Source of the DNA: a virus
Virus record (IMG/VR): IMGVR_UViG_3300025154_000006
Span: 19,469-83,468 of that record
Direction: 5' to 3' (one strand)
DNA length: 64,000 bases
A program made the position numbers and the translations under genes. The first letter of the stretch is position 1, and each line of letters opens with the position of its first letter. This document shows positions 1 through 9,055 of this stretch, piece after piece. The notes under the pieces were generated by a model. That model saw only the letters and a program-made list of their open reading frames with translations, was not told the origin of the DNA and did not search any database.

Positions 1-178
1 ACGAAAGAGACGAAACAAGGGCGGTGCGAAAATGACTATAAATCTAGATTTTGATTTGCTGGCAGACGCTTTTCAGAATGCCAACATTTTGTGATCAATG
101 AAGTAAGCTGTTATCAAGAGGGCTGGATGAACGGACAAAAGCGAATTGTGAAGTTGGCATAACTAAAGGAGAGATAAC

Positions 179-343
179 ATGGAAGAACAACCGATTTGCG
201 AATGGCACGCTATTGATGTTGTTGGTGGAGAAGCCTGGGTATGGGCATCTACTCGGGAAGATGCTATTCAACAGGCTAGCGCAGTTCCCGGAATTATAGA
301 AATTGAGTATTGCGAACGGGTATATAATGAAAAATCCGCTTAG
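179..343 (+). CDS. small hypothetical phage protein (54 aa)
   Basis: AAGGAGA RBS then ATG at 179, open to TAG at 343; below the ORF-track cutoff. Confidence 0.55.
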   Translation: MEEQPICEWHAIDVVGGEAWVWASTREDAIQQASAVPGIIEIEYCERVYNEKSA

Positions 344-716
344 ACATTATCACACATGGTCAGAAATAGTGATCGGCCATGGACTTGCTGCAAAGTTACG
401 CATTTGCAAATGTGGCTATCAAGAAACATTTCTTTTTGACCGAACCAAACACGCCTTTGTATGGACGCCGGGCAATTTCTTAGAAGATTATACAAGTCAC
501 ATATTTGTTGTTGCTGGAACATACGAAACTTGGCTAAAATCTGTACAGTTTCTAAATGATACTTTCAAAGATACAGAAGTTCGACGAATAGAAGGAGAAT
601 ATGATCTCAACGAAATGTTGAAATTGATCGTTCCAAGGATATATCTTACAGAGGACTGGTTCGAGAGTGATTTAATTTCAAATCCGAAACTTAGGGTCAT
701 ACTTATGTATCGTTAG
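327..716 (+). CDS. hypothetical phage protein
   Basis: ORF track 303..716; ATG at 327 is the more likely start; sits in a tightly packed + strand run. Confidence 0.6.
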   Translation: MKNPLRHYHTWSEIVIGHGLAAKLRICKCGYQETFLFDRTKHAFVWTPGNFLEDYTSHIFVVAGTYETWLKSVQFLNDTFKDTEVRRIEGEYDLNEMLKLIVPRIYLTEDWFESDLISNPKLRVILMYR

Positions 717-728
717 GAGAGAAAACAA

Positions 729-1013
729 ATGAGAGGCATGCATTATTGCAAGAAACACAAAAGTAATTATTTCGATGGCGACGGTTGTCTAGATTGTTAT
801 TTTGAAAGGCTAGATAAAAAGGCCGCCACTATGTCGTTGCCAGACCGACTAGAAGACGAAGAACTCTATATCGATGCCGGTGACGAGGCCGCAGTTAAAC
901 TTAGACAACACTATGACTTTGTAGACACTATTCTTGGTCGTGTTTCTGCTGGCGATACGTTTATTCCGTTGTGGGTTTTTCAAAAAGCACAAACATTACA
1001 GAAAACGAGGTAA
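729..1013 (+). CDS. hypothetical protein with N-terminal Cys/His cluster
   Basis: AGGAGA RBS; CKKH...CLDC. Confidence 0.6.
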   Translation: MRGMHYCKKHKSNYFDGDGCLDCYFERLDKKAATMSLPDRLEDEELYIDAGDEAAVKLRQHYDFVDTILGRVSAGDTFIPLWVFQKAQTLQKTR

Positions 1014-1017
1014 GATA

Positions 1018-1314
1018 ATGGCAGAACAAGTTTACGGTGCCGAATGGTGGGATAAAAAGAAAAGGCGGTGGGGCAAATCTCTGCGCCTGCAATTTTCTGA
1101 TGATCTTTTTCGTGGCGATGACGAGTATTGGACATGTTTATGCGGCGGAATTGGCGACAAGTGGGGTGTTCAAACATTAAGAAGTTTGGCGCTACTTGGT
1201 GCGGCTGTAGTACTTGCGCATGAAGGCGAGATAGATTCTGGGATATTGCCACATTGTGTTCCAGCGCATATTCGCAACAAAATCAAAGAATTGTTGCCAG
1301 ACGAGAAAGAATGA
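1018..1314 (+). CDS. hypothetical protein
   Basis: GAGGT RBS, ATG at 1018 (MAEQVYG), stop overlaps the next start. Confidence 0.6.
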   Translation: MAEQVYGAEWWDKKKRRWGKSLRLQFSDDLFRGDDEYWTCLCGGIGDKWGVQTLRSLALLGAAVVLAHEGEIDSGILPHCVPAHIRNKIKELLPDEKE

Positions 1315-1562
1315 TCTGCCCAATCTGCAAAGTTAACAACATCACCAAATCCATTAATCAATTTGGTGGCAGGATACCCATTTGTGGGTCCTGCCACCAG
1401 GAGGGATTAGAGTGGGCTACGGAAGATCCGTTTCTGATGAGAGAACTTGAACACGGATTTTCGCTTGACGAAGCGCTAAAGACTTATCACTGGTCTTTGC
1501 CACCAGACAACGATGATGAGTTTGTGAATTTCGTGTGGCAAATACACTTTGCGATTGATTAG
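1311..1562 (+). CDS. small zinc-finger protein
   Basis: ATGA overlap with upstream gene; CPIC...CGSC. Confidence 0.55.
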   Translation: MICPICKVNNITKSINQFGGRIPICGSCHQEGLEWATEDPFLMRELEHGFSLDEALKTYHWSLPPDNDDEFVNFVWQIHFAID

Positions 1563-2458
1563 GTTGCTCGTATCGAGACTTTCTTGATATTGCTTTCTTT
1601 GGTGGTTCCTCTGCCGGTGGCGCCACAAGAGGAACACCGAAAACCGCTCCACAAGCCTTGAGGTGTTTGATATTGCACGGACCAAGAAAGATTATCGCTT
1701 TCGCATTTCGGACACATATCTTTATCATGCTCTGTGAAAATGTTGAGATTGGGATGACCTGGTATCCACGGAAGAAATCTTAGATAGACATCCTCAAGCA
1801 ATGGCGCAACGTCCCGTTTGCAGTATTTGAGCATTTTCTCCAACCCGTCTTTACTTCCCTCGGCACAGACGTCCCAATCTTCAATGGTCATCTTTGTTTT
1901 TCCACCAATCCCAAGAACGGTCTTTCCTAATTCGTCTAAGCTATTTGAGGTAAATGCAAACTTCTCTCTCGCAACCTTGAGGGTATCTACGATAGAATAA
2001 AATGATGGGGGCGGATAGTTATATTTGAGAAACTTTGTGTTTAGGCGCTTAAAATCAAACTCGCGACCATTTTGTGTAATAATTATATCGGCTTGATCCA
2101 TTAGTTTCCATATTCCGCTAAGTATACTTCCCTCTTCTCTTGCAATTGCTTCTTTCGGAGTAACAATTTCTCCCATTATTTCTGGTTCAAACAACCACTT
2201 TGCCGCCCAACAGAGAATTGACCAGTCTTTGACTATACGGTTTGGTTGAATATATTCTGTTTTTAGGCTCCAAATACCGCGTACTTCCATATACAGGGTT
2301 TCTATATCAAGCAATAGTATCTTGGCAGTTCTTGGGTGGCGGGATTCCAGGCTTTGATATTTATGACATTTTGGACACTGATATTGTTCTTTATTGGTTA
2401 AATCTCTGGGGTTTCTTCGTTTCCACAACGTTATATGTTCGCAGTATTTACACTTCAT
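1559..2458 (-). CDS. DnaQ/RNase H-like 3'-5' exonuclease with zinc ribbons
   Basis: LLDIET (ExoI), QNGREFDF (ExoII), YCKRDV (ExoIII); CxxC pairs at both termini. Confidence 0.85.
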   Translation of the reverse strand: MKCKYCEHITLWKRRNPRDLTNKEQYQCPKCHKYQSLESRHPRTAKILLLDIETLYMEVRGIWSLKTEYIQPNRIVKDWSILCWAAKWLFEPEIMGEIVTPKEAIAREEGSILSGIWKLMDQADIIITQNGREFDFKRLNTKFLKYNYPPPSFYSIVDTLKVAREKFAFTSNSLDELGKTVLGIGGKTKMTIEDWDVCAEGSKDGLEKMLKYCKRDVAPLLEDVYLRFLPWIPGHPNLNIFTEHDKDMCPKCESDNLSWSVQYQTPQGLWSGFRCSSCGATGRGTTKESNIKKVSIRAT

Positions 2459-2483
2459 GCTTTCCTCTCTTGTCTACAAAGAA

Positions 2484-2512
2484 ACAGGGATGGTAAAAAC
2501 TACCATCCCTGT
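2484..2512 (-). terminator. intrinsic terminator after the holin
   Basis: 12-bp perfect stem ACAGGGATGGTA/TACCATCCCTGT followed by TTCTTT on the minus strand. Confidence 0.7.
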
Positions 2513-2552
2513 CAACGATATTGATTTGTGCATGATACGGTTCAAGAAACGA

Positions 2553-2924
2553 TTAATCAATGCCGTTTTCGGTAAGCGAATAGCCAAGTAACGGACTATT
2601 GGTTTCAATTCCAGCATTGTGCATTGCGGGACCTACAAACAATTCGGCGGCCTGGCCCAGAATAATTGTGGCAATGCGCAAAAGCGTTGTCAGCGTTTCG
2701 TCCATTATAGGAAAACTTGTAGACGGTGACAGAAAGAAGAAGATTGAAAAACCGACCATGCCAAGCAGGTTGATGGTACTAGCCCACCGTAAAGAAGTGC
2801 CATCTTTAACCAATCCGGGAATACGTTTGAGAAGATCAACAATTAGCGGGACCAGTACAGGAATTGACGCATTTCCCAGAAACCAGAGAAGAATTGAAAG
2901 TAGAAAATTGAGATCGAGTTCCAT
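2553..2924 (-). CDS. putative holin
   Basis: 123 aa, about 3 hydrophobic segments, end of the lysis cluster. Confidence 0.6.
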   Translation of the reverse strand: MELDLNFLLSILLWFLGNASIPVLVPLIVDLLKRIPGLVKDGTSLRWASTINLLGMVGFSIFFFLSPSTSFPIMDETLTTLLRIATIILGQAAELFVGPAMHNAGIETNSPLLGYSLTENGID

Positions 2925-2968
2925 TTGATTACTCCTATATTCTGATTATACTACACTTTAGGGCAGAT

Positions 2969-3412
2969 TTACTTTGGTATAAAATTTAGATACAGGGTAA
3001 TTGACAAACCTATACAGTTGAAAATAAAGCCAACAATAAACACAATGATACCAACTGTAGTCGCAACTACCCATTGCTGGCGCGTTTGATCAGAAGAGCC
3101 GCGAAGAACGCCTCCGCTGGTTGCGCTTAGGATTTTGCTTATTTCGTGTATGGCATTATCGTCTCTTTCAATTTTATTTTCAATTTCTTGAATTTTGTTT
3201 GAATACATGTTTTGAGAAACGGTTTCGGCCACCAAATTGTTATGGTGTTTGTCATATTCCGCTTGGGCATTTTGGGCCTTATCCAACGCCCGCTCTTGTG
3301 CGGTAAATCTCTCTGTGTATCGTTTTTCTCTTTCCGTTTCGAGTTCGCGGAAAATCTCAAACTCGCGGAAAGTAAGATATTCCGTTTTTATATCGTTTTC
3401 GTCTTTATTCAT
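2969..3412 (-). CDS. coiled-coil protein with C-terminal TM helix (lysis-associated)
   Basis: coiled-coil then VVATTVGIIVFIVGFIF; lysis-module position. Confidence 0.6.
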   Translation of the reverse strand: MNKDENDIKTEYLTFREFEIFRELETEREKRYTERFTAQERALDKAQNAQAEYDKHHNNLVAETVSQNMYSNKIQEIENKIERDDNAIHEISKILSATSGGVLRGSSDQTRQQWVVATTVGIIVFIVGFIFNCIGLSITLYLNFIPK

Positions 3413-3442
3413 GGTTTCTGCCTCCGGTTCGCAGTACGAACA

Positions 3443-3859
3443 TTATGGTCCTTTGACAAGAACCAGGTTCTTGCTTACCGCAATCCAGAATCCAACCAGG
3501 GCAAGGATTACCGTAGTTATTAATGACGGAAGAATTTTGTCAACGATATACTTTATAACCCCGGTAAACGGGTCCGACCTAATGTCCAGATCTTTCTTTG
3601 TGAGCATTTCTTCGCGAAGAGCATTAATGTTTGATACTGTTTGCCGTTGTTTCCATACAAGTCCGTTTTCCACATCTCCATTACCAATGACTATTTTTTT
3701 CAACATAAGAACTGCATTCTCCAGGTCATCAGACCTATTCTTTTCAATGTCACAAAACGGGAAGGACTGAATCCTCGAGAATGCTACTGAAATAGCGTCT
3801 TCGATCACTTTTGTTAGGCGGGTTTCTTCGTTGATTTGCTTTTGTGTTAATGCTGCCAT
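3443..3859 (-). CDS. membrane protein with C-terminal TM helix (lysis-associated)
   Basis: C-terminal LITTVILALVGFWIAV; position. Confidence 0.6.
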   Translation of the reverse strand: MAALTQKQINEETRLTKVIEDAISVAFSRIQSFPFCDIEKNRSDDLENAVLMLKKIVIGNGDVENGLVWKQRQTVSNINALREEMLTKKDLDIRSDPFTGVIKYIVDKILPSLITTVILALVGFWIAVSKNLVLVKGP

Positions 3860-3862
3860 TTT

Positions 3863-4567
3863 TTACTCCGAGTAGGGAATTATTGCAGAAGTTCTTATTG
3901 TATTTATTTTACAGTGAAATCCATCAATTATCGCCGTTTTGCCACTATTGGAAAATAACGGAGTTCCGAAATTGTAGTCCCATGGACTGGTCGAGCCGTC
4001 TGGGTGAACATCCCAAGCGGTGTGCCATAACCACCGAGGTAACGCAACTGCGAGAGTTTTTGCTTGCGATATAGTTAACGTAGTAAGATAATCATAATCC
4101 AGACACCAAATTTTCAAGCTTTCTTTGCCGTTAACGTATACCGTTTTTGGATCTGCTATTCTGAAAATGTTTTCGCCAGGACAAGTAACGCCCTCCGAAC
4201 GCATCGGCTCGGCGGTTATGTTTGTCCCAAGGATGAACGATCGCTTCGTAAAGCTTCCAAACTTGTTGGTAAATGCCCCGTTGTCACGCATCTTTGACCG
4301 CCAATACGTCAGACTTTCCCCGCTTGCTACAAACGATGGGTGACGCCGCGCCCACGACCAATACCATAACCATTCAACGGGTTCAACCAGTGAGTACGCC
4401 TCGCCGTTACCGAGCTTTACGACCTCGGGAACATCATCGTTCGGATCGCGTGATTTATATCCATATTCAATACGTTCTCGATCATGCAAACCGATGTAAT
4501 AGATCTCGGGCGCAGACGGAATTTGATCGGTAGACACAGAAAGATACAGGTTTATATTGGTAATCAT
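3863..4567 (-). CDS. hypothetical protein in the lysis module
   Basis: 234-aa ORF coupled to the endolysin stop; Trp-rich; no motif recognised. Confidence 0.65.
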   Translation of the reverse strand: MITNINLYLSVSTDQIPSAPEIYYIGLHDRERIEYGYKSRDPNDDVPEVVKLGNGEAYSLVEPVEWLWYWSWARRHPSFVASGESLTYWRSKMRDNGAFTNKFGSFTKRSFILGTNITAEPMRSEGVTCPGENIFRIADPKTVYVNGKESLKIWCLDYDYLTTLTISQAKTLAVALPRWLWHTAWDVHPDGSTSPWDYNFGTPLFSNSGKTAIIDGFHCKINTIRTSAIIPYSE

Positions 4568-5661
4568 AGCGGAATCAGGTCAAGCGGCTTGGTCGCGTAA
4601 TTATCTGCGCCAATTGTAATGTGCAAAATTGGCAGAGATTGTTCCTCGGCGTTAATGTCCCATTCTTTACGTACATAAGATGTTCCGAGAGAACACCAGC
4701 ACACGGGACCCGGCAGCGCTAAATCTTTTCCGGCACGACGTGCTTTCGTAAATCTAATTGACGTTGAAGACTTTTCAACGCCGTAAATAATATCACCGTA
4801 TCGCAGAAAAGAAGGACCGATAACATTGGTGGTAGAAGTTAAATCACTTGTGTTACGAACATTCAGAACCGAACTTGCAACAGTGGCAATTGTAATCATA
4901 GTTTCTCCTTCGGGCGGGGGCGGAATAACGGGCGGGGGAAATTGAACACCAAAGATAGATTCAAATTCGCTTACGCGAATTAGATTTGTGTCGATTGCTT
5001 TTTTACCGCTTGTAACACCATATTGTGCCGGGTCTGCACTCCAACTGTTTTGCCAAATTGTCCACGTTTTTCCGCGACTTGTCCACGCAGACGGCACAAC
5101 GGGTTCATATGAACCCGGCCTAGATAGCCACAACGGGAATTGTGAAAAGAATTCTGTATTAAAGCCATTGTCGTTAATATAGTGGTAGTTACTGTATAAC
5201 AGAAATTTCTGATTAGGTACTAATTTCCAATATTCACGAATGACCGCTTCGTGGTCACTTCCTTGTGGGTTGGAATACCCTGGCGTTTCTTCTGCGTCTA
5301 GCGCAATGGTAACGCCAGGATAATGTTTCATTACCTCCCAGTATTTTGCCGTTTGCGATATTGCGGAAATATTTTTGATTGGATACGGCCACATATACGG
5401 AATTGCCGCAATTTTCGACGTCCTGGCGCGCGCAAATTCCTCTGCGGCAAAAGCCTGAATCAGGGATCCGTTTACAATCTTTAGAATGGCAAATCTGGAA
5501 CCGTTGGTGTATGCCAAATCGTAATTAATCGGTGTATAGTTACCGCCATATTCTTTCCAGTCGTAGTGAGCATGATCTGTACCAAACAAGGTTTCGTTGG
5601 CAGCATTTAATCGCAAAACATCCTGAACAGCAAATTTTACAATATCAAATATTTTCTTCAT
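4564..5661 (-). CDS. endolysin, GH25 muramidase with Pro linker and SH3b-like domain
   Basis: GTDHAHY, FAILK, ALDAE, WTIWQ and IDTN match the GH25 pattern; PPPVIPPPP linker; LNVR SH3b-like; start MKKIF at 5661 with AGGAG RBS. Confidence 0.8.
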   Translation of the reverse strand: MKKIFDIVKFAVQDVLRLNAANETLFGTDHAHYDWKEYGGNYTPINYDLAYTNGSRFAILKIVNGSLIQAFAAEEFARARTSKIAAIPYMWPYPIKNISAISQTAKYWEVMKHYPGVTIALDAEETPGYSNPQGSDHEAVIREYWKLVPNQKFLLYSNYHYINDNGFNTEFFSQFPLWLSRPGSYEPVVPSAWTSRGKTWTIWQNSWSADPAQYGVTSGKKAIDTNLIRVSEFESIFGVQFPPPVIPPPPEGETMITIATVASSVLNVRNTSDLTSTTNVIGPSFLRYGDIIYGVEKSSTSIRFTKARRAGKDLALPGPVCWCSLGTSYVRKEWDINAEEQSLPILHITIGADNYATKPLDLIPL

Positions 5662-5668
5662 TTTTCTC

Positions 5669-6766
5669 CTAGAACGGATAGCATCCGTAACCGTACACGC
5701 GGCTGGTTGCCGCCAGCGTCCAGACAGACACGTCTGCTTTTCGGAAGATCGCGTCGGTTGTTGTTTGTGTGCCTGTTCCGACTGGCAACGCGCTCGCGCC
5801 AGTATCGCGACAGTTAGCGGGGAATGGGATGTTGGCAAATAGACTAGCGACTGGCAACGGTATCAAGAAACTGTTGTGTGCCGTTCCGCCGAAACTTGCG
5901 CTCACGTCTACCGACCAGTGGCAGATTTCGTTTGCTGTCCACCACCTGGCAAAATTGATCGTGGACGATGCAATAGTCATGCTTCCGCCGCCCGCGGGAG
6001 TCGGCGTGTAATTGAAATAGGTCGGGAAACCCTCGGGGTTTTCAATGTACGATATAGCCGTGTCGGTCAACGCGCCTGCGGCCATTGCGTAATCGTTGTT
6101 GGTGATAAGTGTGATGGTAGTGTTCGGAGCGCTGTAGGATGATGCGCCGATGACGCCATACTCAAAACCGCCGCCCTGTTTGTATCTGATTTTTGTCCCC
6201 TTACGATAGGTGGCGGTCACGTCGCCCGAAGCCGTGAACGTGTGATCGCCTGTGCGCGTCCAGGTTGTGGATATTTCAAACCAACCATCGCTTATGCTAA
6301 TTTGTTTCCATACTGCATTTCCGCTGGATTTATCCAGCATGATGAATGCTTTGTCGTTTGTCTTATTTAGCCAAATATCTCCAACTAAGTACCCGCCAGT
6401 TTCGTCATCATTCACTGTCGGGTTGGTCGTTTTACCCCCCGTAATATTTGGAAAATACCCATGCAATGAGTTCGCAAGCCCGATAAGCGTGGCGTAGTAA
6501 TCACCGAGTCCAGGATAGTATAAAGCAAACCGCTCAGTGGTAATTTCTGACAAGTTGTTAGAGAACTCCATTAATTCTTCCAGACTGCTGCCTCCGGTTG
6601 TTTCAACCGTAACCTCTCCTGTGCCATCGTCGGCGCCGGTGCTGGAAATAAAAATACCGCCGCCAGCTATAATTTTCGTAACAAGCGCGTCTCCAGAATC
6701 GGAAATATTAATATTATCTTTAACAACAGTGCCGTTTTTGATTTGGTTTTTTCCACGAATAGCCAT
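5669..6766 (-). CDS. tail fibre / receptor-binding protein
   Basis: Gly/Thr-rich; PTVNDDETGGYLVGDIW and SSGNAVW fibre-like segments; last tail gene. Confidence 0.7.
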   Translation of the reverse strand: MAIRGKNQIKNGTVVKDNINISDSGDALVTKIIAGGGIFISSTGADDGTGEVTVETTGGSSLEELMEFSNNLSEITTERFALYYPGLGDYYATLIGLANSLHGYFPNITGGKTTNPTVNDDETGGYLVGDIWLNKTNDKAFIMLDKSSGNAVWKQISISDGWFEISTTWTRTGDHTFTASGDVTATYRKGTKIRYKQGGGFEYGVIGASSYSAPNTTITLITNNDYAMAAGALTDTAISYIENPEGFPTYFNYTPTPAGGGSMTIASSTINFARWWTANEICHWSVDVSASFGGTAHNSFLIPLPVASLFANIPFPANCRDTGASALPVGTGTQTTTDAIFRKADVSVWTLAATSRVYGYGCYPF

Positions 6767-6777
6767 AATAATTTCTC

Positions 6778-8079
6778 CTAAAGGTTGTATTTTATTCCAA
6801 GATAATCATAAGTATCCTGTAAATCAACACCGCTCTTAATGGCGCCGTAAACTATTATTTCCGCAATATCGCCAAACAGATATTTTCCAGACGATGCGCC
6901 ATCAACTTCTGGACATCCAATTGTATGAACAGAATCTCCGGCAGAAAAACCGGCGGCATTTACTCCCTTTGATATTTGATCTAAGAAAAACTCATATCCG
7001 GCGCCAGACGATCTTAGCTCAAATAAATGAAGTCCACTAAGCGGCATGTCTGCTGGATAACTCTCAACCCTAGATGTTCTAAAACAACCAAGATAACCGG
7101 AGTTAGACGGAGAATAACGCCACCAACTGTCTATATCGGTAGAATGATTATAAAGATTATAATATGTATCGTCAACACTGGCAACTATAAATAGGTGTGC
7201 TGATGTAGAAAGTAATGATCCAATACCGATAATAGACATTTTGTCTTCACCATCAAAACGAACAACAGGATTCCCGTTAATAATATTCGTTTTCAGAACC
7301 GGACGATAAATTCCAGAGGCAGTAACCTCCAGGGAATTTGGTCCAGAATCAATCCAGGAAGATATGGGGTTTCCGTCGACAAGACCGCTTATTGCATTGG
7401 CATCCAGGTGCAAAACTAAATCTGCTTGTGGAATAAGCGGCTGTATGATTGGCAATGTATTTTTTAAATACAGAACGGTTATTTCGTCTCCAGACATAGG
7501 CGCAAACGCCGTTATAAAACTTGTTTTTGTCGCACTTAAAATATAATCACTTGGCGTAAGAGCAAGGCCGTTATAAAAGACGATAATTTTATATGCCGCA
7601 CTACCAATTTCAAATTCTGTATTTGATCCATCCACCTGGCTTGAAAGATCAACGTAAAATATCGATTTTCCATAAACGCCATATTCTTCAAAGTTAAGAT
7701 GATAATATTCCGGCGACCCGCCGTCCCCAAACAATGTGCCTCCTTGAATGCCGCTTAAATCATTGTGCTTTGTAGTATTTGTTCCCTGTTCAAGAGGAGG
7801 GGGGGCTTGAGACGCTTGTGCAGAAGAAGATGGCGAAGCAACGACAGTACTTATACTTAATTGACTTGTATTTGTATAAACTACCGGGAACCCGCTTTGG
7901 TAATTTACGTAAACAGCATCGCCAATTGACGGGCGTCCGCCAATGTATTTCAGGCCGTGTAGTTTTTCTCCACGGAAACTAAGTCTAACAGAAACATAGT
8001 TTCCAAGAACGTCTATTACAGACGCAGGAATTGTCTTTTGTTTTGTTATTGCGGTTATTGGCGCAAGAAGGCTACTCAT
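6778..8079 (-). CDS. tail protein with C-terminal LamG/concanavalin-like domain
   Basis: LHLDAN...W.D...PVVRFDG...GDIAEIIVY...YL..KY pattern. Confidence 0.7.
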   Translation of the reverse strand: MSSLLAPITAITKQKTIPASVIDVLGNYVSVRLSFRGEKLHGLKYIGGRPSIGDAVYVNYQSGFPVVYTNTSQLSISTVVASPSSSAQASQAPPPLEQGTNTTKHNDLSGIQGGTLFGDGGSPEYYHLNFEEYGVYGKSIFYVDLSSQVDGSNTEFEIGSAAYKIIVFYNGLALTPSDYILSATKTSFITAFAPMSGDEITVLYLKNTLPIIQPLIPQADLVLHLDANAISGLVDGNPISSWIDSGPNSLEVTASGIYRPVLKTNIINGNPVVRFDGEDKMSIIGIGSLLSTSAHLFIVASVDDTYYNLYNHSTDIDSWWRYSPSNSGYLGCFRTSRVESYPADMPLSGLHLFELRSSGAGYEFFLDQISKGVNAAGFSAGDSVHTIGCPEVDGASSGKYLFGDIAEIIVYGAIKSGVDLQDTYDYLGIKYNL

Positions 8080-9055
8080 TGTTTCTTCCAGTTACAGACA
8101 TTCTATAAAGACCGTTTTCTAATTTGACCTGAACATCTTCAACTATTATACTTTCGATAATGTGCCTTTGTGTTCCGGTAGAAAAAAGATTGACGTTATA
8201 AATATCTCTTGTTTCAAGTCTTGGATCAAAACGCGCGTTCACCGTAAACATTTTTCTTCGCTGACGCGCCCTTTTCTGGTAAATTGCAGCGGCCTCTAGG
8301 GCGCCAGAATCTAATTCGCTAAGTCTATACATTCTGGTAACAATGCCGACGCTTTTTGCCGTTTCCTCGTCAATTGAAATTCCAACATCTGCCGAATAAA
8401 CAATTCCATCAGAACTTAGTTGAGAATTGTCTCCGGTACTTTCGGCAATAGATTTTACATAAACAGCGTCAACCGCATCGCGAGTAGCAGAATAGGTAAA
8501 CTCTAATTCTCTATTGCTAGAGTGCGTTATTTCTATAGGGCGTTGTTGAATTATCGACTGAATTGCGCTTTCTGTATTAGATTCGTAGTCTACAAAGATA
8601 GCTTCTCGTCTATCCTTTAGTTCTGTTCTCTTAATGTTTTCTACAACAAGCGTGTCTCCTCCGCTTCGGCCAAGAGATATGGTGACTGGACTTGGGTAAT
8701 TTATATCGGCAAAAACATACGAATAAACCCACATCCCGTTACAATATACTGAGATATAATAATCGTAAAGAAAAACCCGAATTTTATAAACAATAGTCGA
8801 GTCGTTTCCAATTAGGTATTTTTGATTATTAACAAAAGTAGAGCCAAGTTTTGTTCTTGTATAAATATATTGTTTTCCGCTTTGGTCGCCAACACCAACG
8901 TCTTTTGATATATAAATATAAATTTCCTCAAGAACATCGTTTGATTCCGAAAACGAACTTCGCGCGGTTATATTTGTTGATATAACCAATGCGGTAGCCG
9001 CCGATGGCGTAAGGTCAAAATAAATATCGAAACCTCCATTTGTTACATTTGTCAT
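8072..9055 (-). CDS. minor tail protein
   Basis: 327 aa, translationally coupled within the tail operon. Confidence 0.6.
   Translation of the reverse strand: MTNVTNGGFDIYFDLTPSAATALVISTNITARSSFSESNDVLEEIYIYISKDVGVGDQSGKQYIYTRTKLGSTFVNNQKYLIGNDSTIVYKIRVFLYDYYISVYCNGMWVYSYVFADINYPSPVTISLGRSGGDTLVVENIKRTELKDRREAIFVDYESNTESAIQSIIQQRPIEITHSSNRELEFTYSATRDAVDAVYVKSIAESTGDNSQLSSDGIVYSADVGISIDEETAKSVGIVTRMYRLSELDSGALEAAAIYQKRARQRRKMFTVNARFDPRLETRDIYNVNLFSTGTQRHIIESIIVEDVQVKLENGLYRMSVTGRNNE

Noticed and set aside
4564-5838. 424-aa version of the endolysin
   Set aside because: The extra N-terminus overlaps the tail fibre gene; the RBS supports a start at 5661.
5669-8079. Diversity-generating retroelement targeting the tail fibres
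   Set aside because: No reverse transcriptase and no template/variable repeat pair was seen in the window.
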